In this document: positions 11,727-24,445 of the stretch, one piece after another
Numbering within the stretch: the stretch's first letter is position 1
Layout of the letters: each line of letters starts with the position of its first letter
Origin: Balanoglossus misakiensis
Lineage: Eukaryota > Animalia > Hemichordata
Assembly: GCA_040954595.2 (NCBI GenBank)
Contig: CM082585.2
Coordinates: 2,510,902-2,574,901 of the forward strand
Direction: 5' to 3'
Length of the DNA: 64,000 nucleotides
Program-made: the position numbers and the translations under genes
Notes under the pieces: generated by a model
What the model was told of the DNA's origin: nothing
The model's database searches: none
What the model saw: only the letters and a program-made list of their open reading frames with translations

Positions 11727-14700
11727 ATGTCAGAGAACTATAATGTAATTTCAGCAAATGTGCGTGGTATTGCTAACTATAAGAAACGAAAAGGTGTTTT
11801 TCAGTGGTTGCAAAAGAAAAATCCAAATATCATTTTCCTTCAAGAAACTAATAGTGTGCCTAAAGATGAACAGCTGTGGCCAAGTCTACTCCCTGGCCAT
11901 TTTATTTTTTCACACGGTACCTCCAATAGTAGAGGTGTACTTGTTATTTTTAGAAATGTACATTTCTCTATTTATAATGTAAGTACCGATAAAGATTGTC
12001 GGATTATTATTTCAGTAGATATTTTTGAAAAGCCGTATTTACTCATAAATTGTTATGGTCCAAATAATGAAAAATTATTAAATTATTATTATAATGAAAC
12101 TGAGCATGTTTCATATCTTTCACAGATCACTGAAATGCTTTATGCTATGGAAGTAGAACCAGATAGAGAGATTATTTGGGTAAGGGATCATAATATGACT
12201 ATAAATCCTAACTTGGACAGGAAAGGTGGAAACCCAACCACGTGGAAAAAGTCAGCTACTATTTTGAGTGAGCTTTGTGCTAAATTTGATCTTTCGGATA
12301 TTTGGAGAGTCCGTAATCCTTCCACGAGACGTTTTACCTGGAGCAAATTGCGTCCCGAGTTAATTCAGAGTCGTTTAGATTATTTCTTAGTGAGCAGCTC
12401 TCTGCAGCAAGCTGTCTCAGATACAGATATCATTTCTTGTAATTATAGTGACCATTCTGCAATTACTCTTTCCATTGGTGATAGTCGAGCCAGGCTTGGG
12501 CATTCCTACTGGAAGTTCAATAATAGCTTTCTTCTAGATGATCAGTTTATCAAACTTATTTATGGCAACTTTGAAAATTGGGTAGATGAGTACCACTCTC
12601 AAGAGCCAATTCAAGTTTGGGATTTTTTGAAGTACAAAATTAAGACAGCCTCTCTTTCTTATGGGAAACAAAAGGCAAAAGCTAGAAGAGATAATATTTC
12701 TGAGCTTGAGACCAAGCTTACCCATATGGAGGTAGCTCTAGCTTCTGATCCATCCAATGAGATTAGGGATGAGATTGAATGTATAAGAAAGGAATTGCAG
12801 ATAGAATTAGATTACGTTGTTGAAGGTAGCATTATTCGTTCAAGAGCAAACTGGTATGAGCTGGGGGAAAAGAATACAAAGTATTTTCTTAGTTTGGAAA
12901 AGGCTAATTCTAAGAAGTCCCACAGTGTCCAAATTATAAATGATGAAGGAAGGAGGATAACGGACTCTCAAGAGATTTTAGGAGAACTTAAGTCTTTTTA
13001 TTCCAAGCTTTATCATAGTAAACAAAATCATTAAAATCTGAACTCCATTACTGACTTTTTCAACATGGTAAACTTGCCCATGTTAACTGATACAGATAGT
13101 GCCTCTTGTGATGGCCTCATCACTTATGATGAAGCGTTCCAGGCCCTCTCTAGTATGCCATCAAACAAAACTCCAGGTAATGATTGCCTGTCTGTTGAAT
13201 TGTATATGAAATTTTGGCCTCTTATAGGTTACTATGTTGTTTATTCTTTAAACAAAGGTTATGAGATGGGTGTTTTGTCAAACAGTCAGAAGCAAGGTGT
13301 TATCACTCTCATTGAGAAAAAGGGTAAAGACAAACGTTTTGTTAAAAACTGGAGGCACATTACACTCTTAAATGTTGATTACAAGATTGGTGCGAAATGT
13401 ATTTCTAGACATTTAGACAAGATCTTGCATAATATTATTAATGAGACCCAGTGTGCTTTTATAAAGGGTCGTCAAATAGGTGATTGTGTAAGAATCATAG
13501 ATAGCATTTTGGAGTTTACAAAAATGGAAAACTTACCTGGTATTCTTATGGCAGTAGCTTTTGAGAAGGCTTTTGACAGCCTAGAATGGCCATTTCTGTA
13601 TTGAAGCTTTAAATTTTGGCCCTTCTCTTATGAATTGGATTCGCACTTTTTATTCACATCCAACCAGCTGTGTTCTTAATTGTGGCCTCTCAACAGGATA
13701 TTTTGATTTACAGCGATGTGTTCGTCAAGGAGACCCTCTATCCCCAGCTCTTTTTATCATTGGGTTGGAAGTACTTTTGTTGCTTTTCAACAAAATGATA
13801 ATATTCATGGCATTGGTATATTAAACAAAGAAATCAAAAATGCTGCATTTGCAGATGATCTGACATGTTTCTTGGCAGACGAAACATCTGCTGTGAATCT
13901 TATTTCTCTTTTAAACAATTTTCATTTAGCATCTGGTTTATGTATAAATCGTAACAAAACGGAAGCTATGTGGCTTGGCAAATGGAGGCACAGAGAGGAT
14001 AAACCTTTTGGTATAAAATGGCCAGAGATGCCAATTAAAATTGTTGGCATTTTCTTTTCTTATAACCTTGCTGCTGCTTATAAAGAAAATATTAAAGGTC
14101 CCTTAGAATCTATGTCACGTTTGCTTTGCCACTGGCGGTCCAGAGGGCTTACCTTAATTGGTAAAATCCAGATTGTTAAAACATTGATAATTTCCAAGTT
14201 TCTGTACATTTTCAACCTTATAAATATCAAAATCTCAGATATCAAAACAATTAACAGTGTCATCCACAAATTTATTTGGAATGGCCCTGATAGGGTCAGC
14301 AGAAATACGATAATCGGTGATATTAGAGAAGGGGGAATAGGCATGATAGACATTTTTGCATTGTACAAAGCTTTTAAAATTTCATGGATTAAGCGCTACG
14401 TGTCTGAGACAAAGCTCCCATGGAAACTAATTTTGGATTTTTTTCTGCAACCAATTGGTGGCAGACTCATTTTCAGGTGTAACTACAGTGTATAACCTCT
14501 TCCCATTCAACTACCAGACTTTGTCATTGAAATGTTGGAATTTTGGAGTGACATTAATCCTTGTAATTATTTTGGTTTTACGCAACAAATCATTTGGAAC
14601 AACAAAGAAATTCTCATTAACAATTGTTCAATTTTTAATAAGTTTTTCTTCCAAAAAGGTATAGTGTACATTGTAGACATCTTTAATCAATACAATAATT

Positions 14701-15460
14701 TGAAAACGTGGTTTGATTTATCTGCTATGGGATGTACTCTTAACCATCTTTTACAATGGCAAGGTATTTTACAGTCAATTCCATCAAATTGGAAGAAATG
14801 TAATGTGGAAGTAATTAGGCCAGAATTGCCTATCAGTGTAATAATTTGTAACAAAGTTATGCCATTGAGGAAGTGTACGGTGAAAAATATTAGAAAACTT
14901 TTCACAGCAAGTTATGTAATTCCTCCAAAGAGTGTGCTGTACTTTTCACAGTTTTTAACTGTGGACAAAAATGAGTGGTGTCACATTTTTGCACTACCAT
15001 TCAAGGTCACAATAGAAACAAAATTGCAAGAGTTCCAGTGGAAGTTAAATCATAATGTTTTATATACAAACCGTATTTTGTTTCATATGAATCCTCCCAG
15101 AGTTAACAGTAGTCTTTGTACTTTTTGTCAAAAAGTCGACGAGACCATTCTTCATCTATTTGTAGAGTGTGAATGTGTACAAACTTTATGGAGAAGCGTT
15201 TTGCTCCTGTGGGGCTCTGCACTTGATGCACCTCCTAATCTTTCCGCTAAACAAATTCTCTTGGGAGATGCATCTCTTAATTTACTTTTAAATCGCGTAA
15301 TACTTGTCACAAAGAATACTATTTATGATTGTAAGGTCTCCCTTCCTTCAATATTGTGAAAATAAATGTACGAATTATGAAGAAAGTGGAAATGTATATT
15401 GCCAAAAGAAATAAATGTATAGAGAATGCTTTACTGAAATGGGAAAATTTTGATTATTAA
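11727..15460 (+). pseudogene. LINE ORF2 (APE endonuclease, reverse transcriptase, C-terminal Cys/His finger), disrupted
   Basis: Endonuclease motifs NVRG, LQET, SRLDY and SDH. RT motifs TPGND, WRHITLLN, FEKAFD, RQGDPLSP and FADD. C-terminal CTFC...ETILHLFVEC. Split over five ORFs by stops and frameshifts. Confidence 0.9.
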
Positions 15461-15654
15461 TGATATCTGTAACTTGAGAATCTCCTTTGAAATTGCATAT
15501 ACAACAATTTAATATATACCACAATTTAATATGTAATATTTGTTACTGAATCTGTATCTGTACCTTTAAATGTATCAGCATCTGTTTTTTGAGCGCTGTA
15601 AAATTCTTTATCTCCCAAATTAAATTAAATAAATTAAAAAAAAAAAAAAATGTC

Positions 15655-15885
15655 TGTTATGATATACCTATAATCTCACTATAGCATACCACATGCAATG
15701 CTTTGATAGAGCGCCCTCTAGCAGAGTTCATATGACATTGTAAGGTCATGATTTTTCCCGCGTTCATGGCTGCCATCTTGTACTAGCAGAACGTACAGTT
15801 GTTGTGTTCGTGTTCCAGTTGAAGTTTCTCATGAAACGAGTTACACAAAACATAACTTGATCTCACCGAGTCAGTAAACATAACA
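15655..15885 (+). repeat. 5' LTR
   Basis: Direct repeat of 22048-22279 with roughly a dozen differences. 7-bp inverted termini. Confidence 0.92.
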
Positions 15886-15896
15886 TGGTGACCCAG
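15886..15896 (+). promoter_or_regulatory. Primer binding site (tRNA-Trp-like TGGTGACCC)
   Basis: TGG immediately follows the 5' LTR. The first 9 nt match the remembered tRNA-Trp PBS TGGTGACCCCGAC. Confidence 0.65.
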
Positions 15897-16033
15897 TGAC
15901 GGTTGACATCAGAAGACGAGTGATACCCAATCCAAAGCAATTGGCGTAAGTTGACTTTTGATGTGAACACAGCCTAGCCTAATGTATAGCATATACCTAG
16001 CAACACACAGCGAGCACATTTCCCGAAACGACC

Positions 16034-19000
16034 ATGGCAAACAAAATACCGGTTATGAACTGGGAGTCGGACAATTTAACTGAATCCTTCGACCTATTTA
16101 ATCATTGCCGCTACGCCAATACTTGAGTTCCAGAAAGAGCTGTTAACAAAACCTAAAAAATACACGCTCAATGAAGCCATAGCCCTCAGTAGATCTTATG
16201 AAGCCGCCAATGCGCATGTGTCTGCACTGAAGACTATGGGGCAAGCAACGCCGCCTGAACCAGGAGAAGTTGTACACTCCGCCAGGGCGAAGGTGCATAA
16301 CCACAAACAAAGCAAGCTGAAGCAAAACACAGGTGGGGAATGCAGAAACTGTGGCCTGGACCACCCGCCAAGAAAATGTCCAGCTTTCGGACAGGACTGC
16401 AGGAAATGTGGCAATCGCAACCACTGGGCAAAGAAATGCCGCTCTACCACCAATAAAAACACTCAACCAGCTGATCAGCATGATAAGAAAACGCATGACT
16501 ATACCACATACCGAACACTGTTTGGCCCAAACCACAAGCCAGACACAACTGATATGCGTCTTAGCGGATATGGAGGCAAACGTTTCCCAAACCATGGGAA
16601 AGTAACTGTCCCGGTCATCGAGCATCAAAACGCCCGTCTACTTAACGTCGTGTCCTTCATCTCAGAACAGGGGAACAACCTACTCGGCCTCAGCTTATGC
16701 GCCAAGCTAGGACTTGTGAAATTTCCCTGTGATAGACACAGCTGCTTTGAGAAATTTGATGTGAAAGAAATCGCATCGTACACCAGCAAGGAACATTTCA
16801 TCAATGACAACGCTGATGTGTTCGAAGGTGTTGGCAAAATCCAAAATGAACACAAAATCCAGCTGTCTGATGGAGCAGTGCCCACAGTTAACGCAACAAG
16901 GAGAACACCCGACGCACTGAAAACCCCTCTCAGACAAGAACTTGACCGTCTGATTGAAATCGGCGTCATCAGGGAAGTACAGGAACCGACTGAATGGGTC
17001 AACAACATTGTACTTGTCACAAAGGCTGACGGATCCCTACGCATATGTCTGGACCCACGCGAACTTAACAAGTTCATCAAACGTCCACACTACTACGCGA
17101 AAACTCTTGATGACATTCTTCCAGAGCTGAAGAACGCAAAGTACTTCTCAACACTTGATCTCAGAAGCGGATATTGGAATATCCCACTTGATGAGGAATC
17201 GCAACTCCTCACCACATTCAGCACTATATACGGCAGATATTGCTTCACACGCCTACCGTTTGGACTCATCTCAGCCCAAGAAGTATTCAAGATTGAGCTG
17301 GATCGGATTTTCCAGAAGGTCAGCAATGAATACTGCATAAAGGATGACATCCTCATTGCTGCCGAATCCAGACAACAACATGACATAGCCATACAAAATG
17401 TCATGAAAGCCTGCAGACAGAACAATGTCAAGCTCAACGGCGAGAAATGTCAGTTTAACAAAGACAGAGTTAAGCTGTTCGGACACATCCTGAGCAAAGA
17501 TGGAGTATCGCCCGACCCATCTAAAGTGGCTGCAATCCAGAAACTGAAAGCGCCAACAAACAAACAAGAGCTACAGTCACTCCTCAGTCTCGTAAACTAC
17601 CTGTCAAAGTTCGTGAAGCTGAGTCCACTGACTGAACCACTCAGAAAACTACTACAGAAAGACGTCCTGTTTATTTGGTCTGAAAGCCACGACCAAGCAC
17701 TACACAGGATAAATGCTATCACCAAAGCGCCAGTACTTACCGACTTCGACGCTAGCAAAGAAATCGTGATCCAGTGTGATGCATCATGCAAAGGTCTAGG
17801 TGCTGTGTTACTGCAGAATGGCAAACCAATCCATTTCGCATGGAAAGCCCTCACCCCCACTGAGTCTAACTACAGCAACATAGAGCGCGAGATGTTAGCT
17901 GTTGTATGGGCAACGATACACTTCAAGCACTACGTGTTTAGTGGACGTTATACCATTCACACCGACCACAAGCCACTATACTAGAAGCGATAGCAAAGAA
18001 GCAAATTTGCAAGATGCCAGTTAGGCTGCAGAGACTGATTCTACACATACAGGGATACAAGTACGCTATCCATTACGTCCCAGGTCAGGACGTACCACTC
18101 GCCGACTGTTTTTCCAGATGCGTAGACACGAAGCAGACCACATATCAGTTTCCTGATGTTGATGTTCATGTGCACGAAATTTCCACTATGAAGCCCTTTG
18201 TCATAGATCGGATCCGCCAACTGACTGACGCTGACTCAGTTCTTCAGTCATTGTCTGTGTACATAACAAACGGATGGCCGAAAGAGAAGAACCAGTGCAA
18301 CGAAACAGCCCACGCATACTGACAGCATCGCTCTAAGGGTGTTGTGCTGAAAGGTCACAGAATCGTCATACCGTCCAGTATGAGTCAACACATCCTACAA
18401 GTACTTCACCAACAGCACCAAGGTGTCGAGAAAACCAGACTTCGAGCCCGACAATCAGTGTACTGGCCCGGTCTGAACGCAGACATCGAAAACATGGTAC
18501 GCGACTGTAACCAATGTCAGTCATATCAGCGAAGCCAAACCAAGCTTCCAGTACAACCAATCCACAGCATTGAAGCCATGCAGACGATTGGCAGCGACTT
18601 ATTCGAGTTTGAGTCATCTCAGTACCTGCTTAGCGTTGACTACTACACAGGTTTCGTCTGGGCAAACAAGCTACCCAACACACGAAGCTCAACAGTCATC
18701 GGCAAGCTAGACGAAATTTTCTCCAATTTCGGCTACCCCGAGAAATTGATTTCCGACAACGGCTCACAACTCATAAGTGAGGAATGATACCACGAGTACT
18801 GCAGATCCCATGAAATACGGTATTCCACCAGTGCACCCTATCACCAACAAGCGAATGGGCGTGCAGAAAGAGGCACGGTGAAAGCCATGCTTAAAAGTCG
18901 CTCAAGAAAGGAGAGGAAAACCTGAGAGAAATCCTCACAACGCTACGTGATACACCCATCACAGCAGACGTTCCGTCTCCATTCGCGTTGATGTTCCCCG

Positions 19001-20990
19001 GCAGAAAGGTGGAGACAAATCTTCCATTCATACAGTACCGGTACGGTCATCAACCAGCCTCAGATGTCTACAGAGACAGAATCGAGCAGCGAGCAAACTC
19101 AAATGGAGGCAGGTATGTAAGAGGTCAAAACTCGGTAGTCTGCACCAGGTTCTGCGCCAGGCGCATTTCATAAAAGGGAACTCTGCGCCATGTGTTTGCA
19201 CCATGCATTCTGCGCCACCCTTTGCGCCAAGCGATCTGCGTACGTACGTGCATGTGTAGGATGGACGGCAACAACGCGGCGTCCCAGTGGAGCCTGGGTC
19301 TCGTTCGCGTTCGCCTCGCAGTCCTAGGGGACCATTGATGGACGATCGATAAAAATAAAGCATGTAATAACGTTTTCAAACCCCGTGGTTTTGCCATGTT
19401 GAATGTATCATTTTTCTTGCGTCGTATTTCTCAATGCAAAATAATTGTTAACTTGTTATTTGGAAAGAGAACGTAGACAATTTTATTCAGAATGCGGATG
19501 TGCCCATCGTAATTGAAGCTGCCAGCCCCTTAGAATGATACTACTGCCTACACGTTGATCACCTGATCGCATCGCCCAGTCTCACTTGGCTATGGGCTAC
19601 TGCTGTGATCTCAGGACGTCCTGTTCAAATTTCTGGCCGTGAAATTTTTTTTCTCGGTGCATTTTCGCAAATCGTACTGTTTTATAGGTAGGCATGTACG
19701 ATAAAGGGGTTATTACACGAATTTTGGTCGATAACGCGACGCATTCTCGTGATGACATCACGTAAAGTGATCATTGCCACTTCGAACACCGACAGCGTTG
19801 GTCGGTCCCACCCCTCAAATTCAACCGATCACTTCATTGAAAAGGTTGACATCATGTCTTTCATCAAAAATTACCGCAACGATGTGCTAATTTTGGTTTT
19901 CCTGTCTTCCGAACAATAGTCAAGACGACGGTTTGTCAACACTTCGTTAGCAATTTACTGATAAGCCACCCCTTGGCGAGGTGTGAATCTCTGTTGTAAA
20001 CAATACAACCTACAGTGAGGCCACGTAGTGTCGACTAGGGCGGCGATTTATTAATCTTATCGGTGAATATTAATTATGACAGTAAAACATGAGTGACAAC
20101 ACTGAAAACGTCGACCCAGATGGCGACTCGCTATCTCACCGAAATCCAGAATTTGAAATCGATGACCGAACGCCATTGTGCAGAAGCGATGTTCCCTAAA
20201 ACAATCATCTCTCAACGGTTTTCTGAAGAAATAATAGACTGAACGTTGTTTACGAAGTTATCAGTAGTTTCCAGGATTCCAACTGTTCCTGTTAACCCAT
20301 TCAGCCCGCGAACGAACTTGAATTTACTTTTTTTTCTCAACAATTTTCAGAAATTACACGCTGTACAAAAGTTCTTTTTAATTACCTTTCATTTGAAATA
20401 AACATGTAATGTACAAACGTGTATATTGTGCGTGTACTGGGACGCTGCGTTGTTACCGTCCATCCTACACATGCACGTACGTGAATAGGGTGGCGCAGAT
20501 CGCTTGGCGCAAAGGGTGGCGCAGAATGCATGGTGCAAACACATGGCGCAGAGTTCCCTTTTATGAAAATGCGCCTGGCGCAGAACCTGGTGCAGACTAC
20601 CGAGTTTTGACCTCTTACATACCTCATGGAGGACATGCTGAAAAAATGCCACTCCATATTGGCTCCCCATGCAGATTTCAGAAGACACCAAAGTCAACCT
20701 GGCAACCAGCTACGGTGATTGACAAGTCGTCTGATCGCAGATACACCATCCGGACCCCGGAGGGAGTTAAATATCAGCGTGATTTAGTTCATGTAAAGCC
20801 CACGCACCAACCGCACCACAATGCAGCATCCAGCCGCACTGCAACTGATGAAACAGGTGATCGCCAGCCAGATGTCAGATGCGCACTCAAGGCAGACACC
20901 GCTCAAGAAACACTTGCTCCTTGTTCTGTGGATCGCCCAAAGCGGAACAGTAAACTACCGAGCAAATTCGATGATTTTGTACTCTCGTGA
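16034..20990 (+). pseudogene. Gypsy gag-pol with internal deletions, stops, frameshifts and a MITE insertion
   Basis: Start MANKIPVMNW and zinc knuckles CRNCGLDH..CPA..CRKCGNRNHWAKKC. RT motifs LRICLDPRELN, LDLRSGYW, RLPFGL and IKDDILI. RNase H motifs CDAS, YSNIERE and TDHKPL. Integrase motifs HQQHQG..CNQC, DLFE and SDNG. The C-terminus resumes in frame after 20632. Confidence 0.9.
19110..20625. mobile_element. Non-autonomous DNA transposon (MITE) with ~180-bp TIRs and a 7-bp TSD; possibly P-superfamily
   Basis: TIRs at ~19111-19288 and ~20437-20624 (AGGTATGTAAGAGGTCAAAACTCGG...). TSD ATGGAGG at 19103-19109 and 20626-20632. Removing the element restores the Gypsy frame RANSNGGHAEK. Confidence 0.88.
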
Positions 20991-22102
20991 ATCACCAGAG
21001 ACCATTAGTTGTTGATGTTGCATTCTTGTTAAAACATTTCACAAAGCTGAAAATCTTGCAGTACATTTCACAGTGTTGGTGTTATTCCCAGTGTCAAAAC
21101 TTTAGCGTTATTTGAACATTACAATGAACACTGTTTGCATGAATTCATAGACTGATAGGAACTCTCAGTTGATAGAACATTATGGACTCTGTGTCTGAAC
21201 ATTTATCGCAATACACTTTTCACAAGTTTGCTATCCAGCTTAAGGAGGGGGATGTTATGATATGCCTATAACCCACTATAGCATACCACATGCAATGCTT
21301 TGATAGAAGGGTGGCGCAGAATGCATGGTGCAAACACATGGCGCAGAGTTCCCTTTTATGAAAATGCGCCTGGCGCAGAACCTGGTGCAGACTACCGAGT
21401 TTTGACCTCTTACATACCTCATGGAGGACATGCTGAAAAAATGCCACTCCATATTGGCTCCCCATGCAGATTTCAGAAGACACCAAAGTCAACCTGGCAA
21501 CCAGCTACGGTGATTGACAAGTCGTCTGATCGCAGATACACCATCCGGACCCCGGAGGGAGTTAAATATCAGCGTGATTTAGTTCATGTAAAGCCCACGC
21601 ACCAACCGCACCACAATGCAGCATCCAGCCGCACTGCAACTGATGAAACAGGTGATCGCCAGCCAGATGTCAGATGCGCACTCAAGGCAGACACCGCTCA
21701 AGAAACACTTGCTCCTTGTTCTGTGGATCGCCCAAAGCGGAACAGTAAACTACCGAGCAAATTCGATGATTTTGTACTCTCGTGAATCACCAGAGACCAT
21801 TAGTTGTTGATGTTGCATTCTTGTTAAAACATTTCACAAAGCTGAAAATCTTGCAGTACATTTCACAGTGTTGGTGTTATTCCCAGTGTCAAAACTTTAG
21901 CGTTATTTGAACATTACAATGAACACTGTTTGCATGAATTCATAGACTGATAGGAACTCTCAGTTGATAGAACATTATGGACTCTGTGTCTGAACATTTA
22001 TCGCAATACACTTTTCACAAGTTTGCTATCCAGCTTAAGGAGGGGGATGTTATGATATGCCTATAACCCACTATAGCATACCACATGCAATGCTTTGATA
22101 GA
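20513..22102 (+). repeat. 795-bp tandem duplication (MITE right end, Gypsy 3' region, PPT and first 55 bp of the LTR)
   Basis: 20513-21307 is repeated at 21308-22102. Identical ORF translations are offset by 795 (20821/21616). The junction has 1 nt of microhomology. Confidence 0.92.
22037..22047 (+). promoter_or_regulatory. Polypurine tract
   Basis: AAGGAGGGGGA lies immediately before the 3' LTR. Confidence 0.85.
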
Positions 22103-22279
22103 GCGCCCTCTAGCAGAGTTTATATGACATTGTAAGGTCATGTTTTTTTCCCTGCGTTCATGGCTGCCATCTTGTACTAGCAGAACGTACAGTTGTTGTG
22201 TTCGTGTTCCAGTTGAAGTTTCTCATTAAAAGAGTTACACAAAACGTTACCTGATCTCACCGAGTCAGTAAACATAACA
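22048..22279 (+). repeat. 3' LTR
   Basis: Direct repeat of 15655-15885, preceded by the PPT. Confidence 0.92.
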
Positions 22280-22532
22280 GTGTCCAAATGAAAAGATACA
22301 TCTGCGTCTAAGTCAAATTGCAAAAAGGTGTCAAAAGTGACAAATCTTATCATGTATGTCATCGAACTCAAACGATACAATCTTCCTTTCATGTGACCTG
22401 CCTGGTTAAAGTTTACTGACAACATTTCTCCATGTTTTACCCACCCCAGACACAGTGTGACAAATCCAATATTTGATACAGTGAATGAACCTTGAAGTTT
22501 CCCAATCGGTACTACCCCAAAACCTCACAGCA

Positions 22533-23235
22533 AGCTAAATGTGGAATTTGGATGGGGTGGGGAGTTGAAGCTAACCTAACATATAGTCGTTTAGATTGAA
22601 CATTATACGTGCGAGTTACGTGTTAATATTTTCTGCATGTCTGCCGCGTACAGTGTGTCGGTGCGTGAAAATGATCACAGGTACCATTCCGAAGAATTCC
22701 ACTGAATCATGATGACGATGTGCATGGAAAAATCCTGATTATGAACTATCTGAGAAACAATAGCATGTTATTCATAAAATATACACATTAACCAATGAAC
22801 GAACCATCATGATGAGTATACCCCGACACTTATTTAAGCTTTTATTATTATTATACCTTTGTCATTACTATCAATATTTACAGCCTGTACACCAAAGCTA
22901 TCACCACATTTGTTAACCTTTATTACACCATTCACATAAAACCCTTCACCATCATTAAAAGGTATGTAAGGGTGTCGAAAATACAATAGTGAGGGGCCAA
23001 AGTGCGGGACATGCACAGTGCAATTATCTTTATTATACTCATTGTTTGGCCCATTATAATCTGTGTACACTCAATTTTACCGCAAACCATCACCACATTT
23101 GTTAACTGTTTATTAAACCCTTCCACGTGTGTTGCCCATTATTATACCATTCACATTTGTAAACCAATCATCATACCCTTCATACAAGCAATTGCTGATT
23201 GCTGTTAACCCTTGTGTACCACAAGCCATCATCAC
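22533..23235 (+). repeat. Unclassified diverged repeat, copy 1 (copy 2 at ~57488-58200)
   Basis: Co-linear shared blocks, e.g. GGAATTTGGATGGGGTGGGGAG...GCTAACCTAACAT and TAGCATGTTATTCATAAAA-ATACACATTAACCAAT. Confidence 0.75.
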
Positions 23236-23239
23236 GAAA

Positions 23240-24445
23240 AAGGCAACATGAATTTCACATAACACAGTTTGACAGCTCTGCAAATGAAGTTATCATGACC
23301 ATTACCTATGCTAATTAAAAATGTTGTGTACATGGCAACATGACCTTAGCTGGCGCTGCGTTATTAAGCTCACTGTCAGAGTATTAATAAATGTACAGGC
23401 GTACAAATTAGACAACATCAATATAATGCACATAACACAGTTTGTCAACTCTGAGAATATTGTTCTCAGGACCATTTCCCAGGCTAAATAACAATGTTGT
23501 GTATGTGTTACAGTTTGGATTCCTTGTCAGATTTCCTATAACACAGTTTGTGAGCCCTGAGAATTCTCATAAGACAGTTCTCATGAACATTTCCCATGCT
23601 CAATAAATGTGTTGCGTGTGGCATAATTATTTTCCCTCTGCTGCGACATTTGTCTCCCTTTTAGAGTTTAAGTAAATGTGGAGACATGCAAATTAGGCAA
23701 CATCAATATCCCGTACATAACTCAGTGTGTTTTGTTCACATTTTTGGTTTTCACTTTGAAAATGAACAAAGGACTTTCCTATCATTGAGCAACACTCCAA
23801 GTTAACAGTTGCTCAATATACAAGGTAACTTTATAGATCACTAAAACCATCTAGCATACCTGGGTACCTAAATGTAGTGAGAATAAAGCACGTTGAGGTT
23901 GGTGCCCCAAACCTTCTTGAAGACAACTGGTTGCTAACAATTGTCAATTAGGCAACTTGAATATCCTACACATAACACAGTTTGTCAACTCTGAGAATAC
24001 TGTTCTTAAGACTATTTCCCATGCTAAATAGAAATGTTGTGTGACAGTATGCGGTAAAATGACATTCCCATACATTGCCTTATTTAGCTCATAATCAGAA
24101 TTTCAGTAAATGTAGAGACATGCAAGTTTAGCAGCTTGAATTTCCCATAACACTGTTTGTGAGCTCCGAGAACACAGTTCTCATTAACATTTCCCATGCT
24201 CAATAAAAGTGTTGTGTATGTTTCACAATGATCTTTTTATAGGCAGCCTTGTTTAGCTACTACTAGAATTCAAGTAAATGTGGAGACGTTCAAATTAGGC
24301 AACATCACTATCCCATACATAGCACAGTTTGTAAATGTGAATACGTCCATATTACCCAACTTGAATTTTACTTAAACAATTGGTCAGCTCTGCGAATATA
24401 GTTCACCTGACCAATTCCTATGCTAAGTAAGAGTGTCGTTTATGT
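23240..24445 (+). repeat. Old degenerate tandem repeat, ~170-bp unit
   Basis: AAATTAGGCAACATCAATAT..CATAACACAGTTTG..TTTCCCATGCT-like blocks recur near 23243, 23406, 23690, 23946, 24125 and 24292. The repeat continues at 56509-56660. Confidence 0.75.

Larger units (their letters stand above)
10289..15649 (+). mobile_element. Full-length, decayed L1/Tx1-clade non-LTR retrotransposon
   Basis: ORF1, a T-rich inter-ORF spacer, an EN/RT ORF2 and a poly(A) tail at ~15636-15649. A 12-bp target-site duplication ATGTCTGTTATG lies at 10277-10288 and 15650-15661. Confidence 0.9.
15655..22279 (+). mobile_element. Ty3/Gypsy LTR retrotransposon, decayed
   Basis: Two ~231-bp LTRs bounded by TGTTATG...CATAACA, a PBS, a PPT and RT-RH-IN domain order. 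Imperfect 5-bp TSD ATGTC (15650-15654) / GTGTC (22280-22284). Confidence 0.92.

Noticed and set aside
20409-21785. 193-aa and 161-aa ORFs as novel genes
   Set aside because: They are chimeras of MITE TIR sequence and the Gypsy integrase C-terminus, doubled by the 795-bp duplication.
10150-22500. Patchy inverted similarity between 10150-10245 and 22437-22500 (old MITE hosting the Gypsy?)
   Set aside because: Only short gapped matches (ATTTGTCAC..TGTG, AAACTTCA), with no definable termini or TSD.
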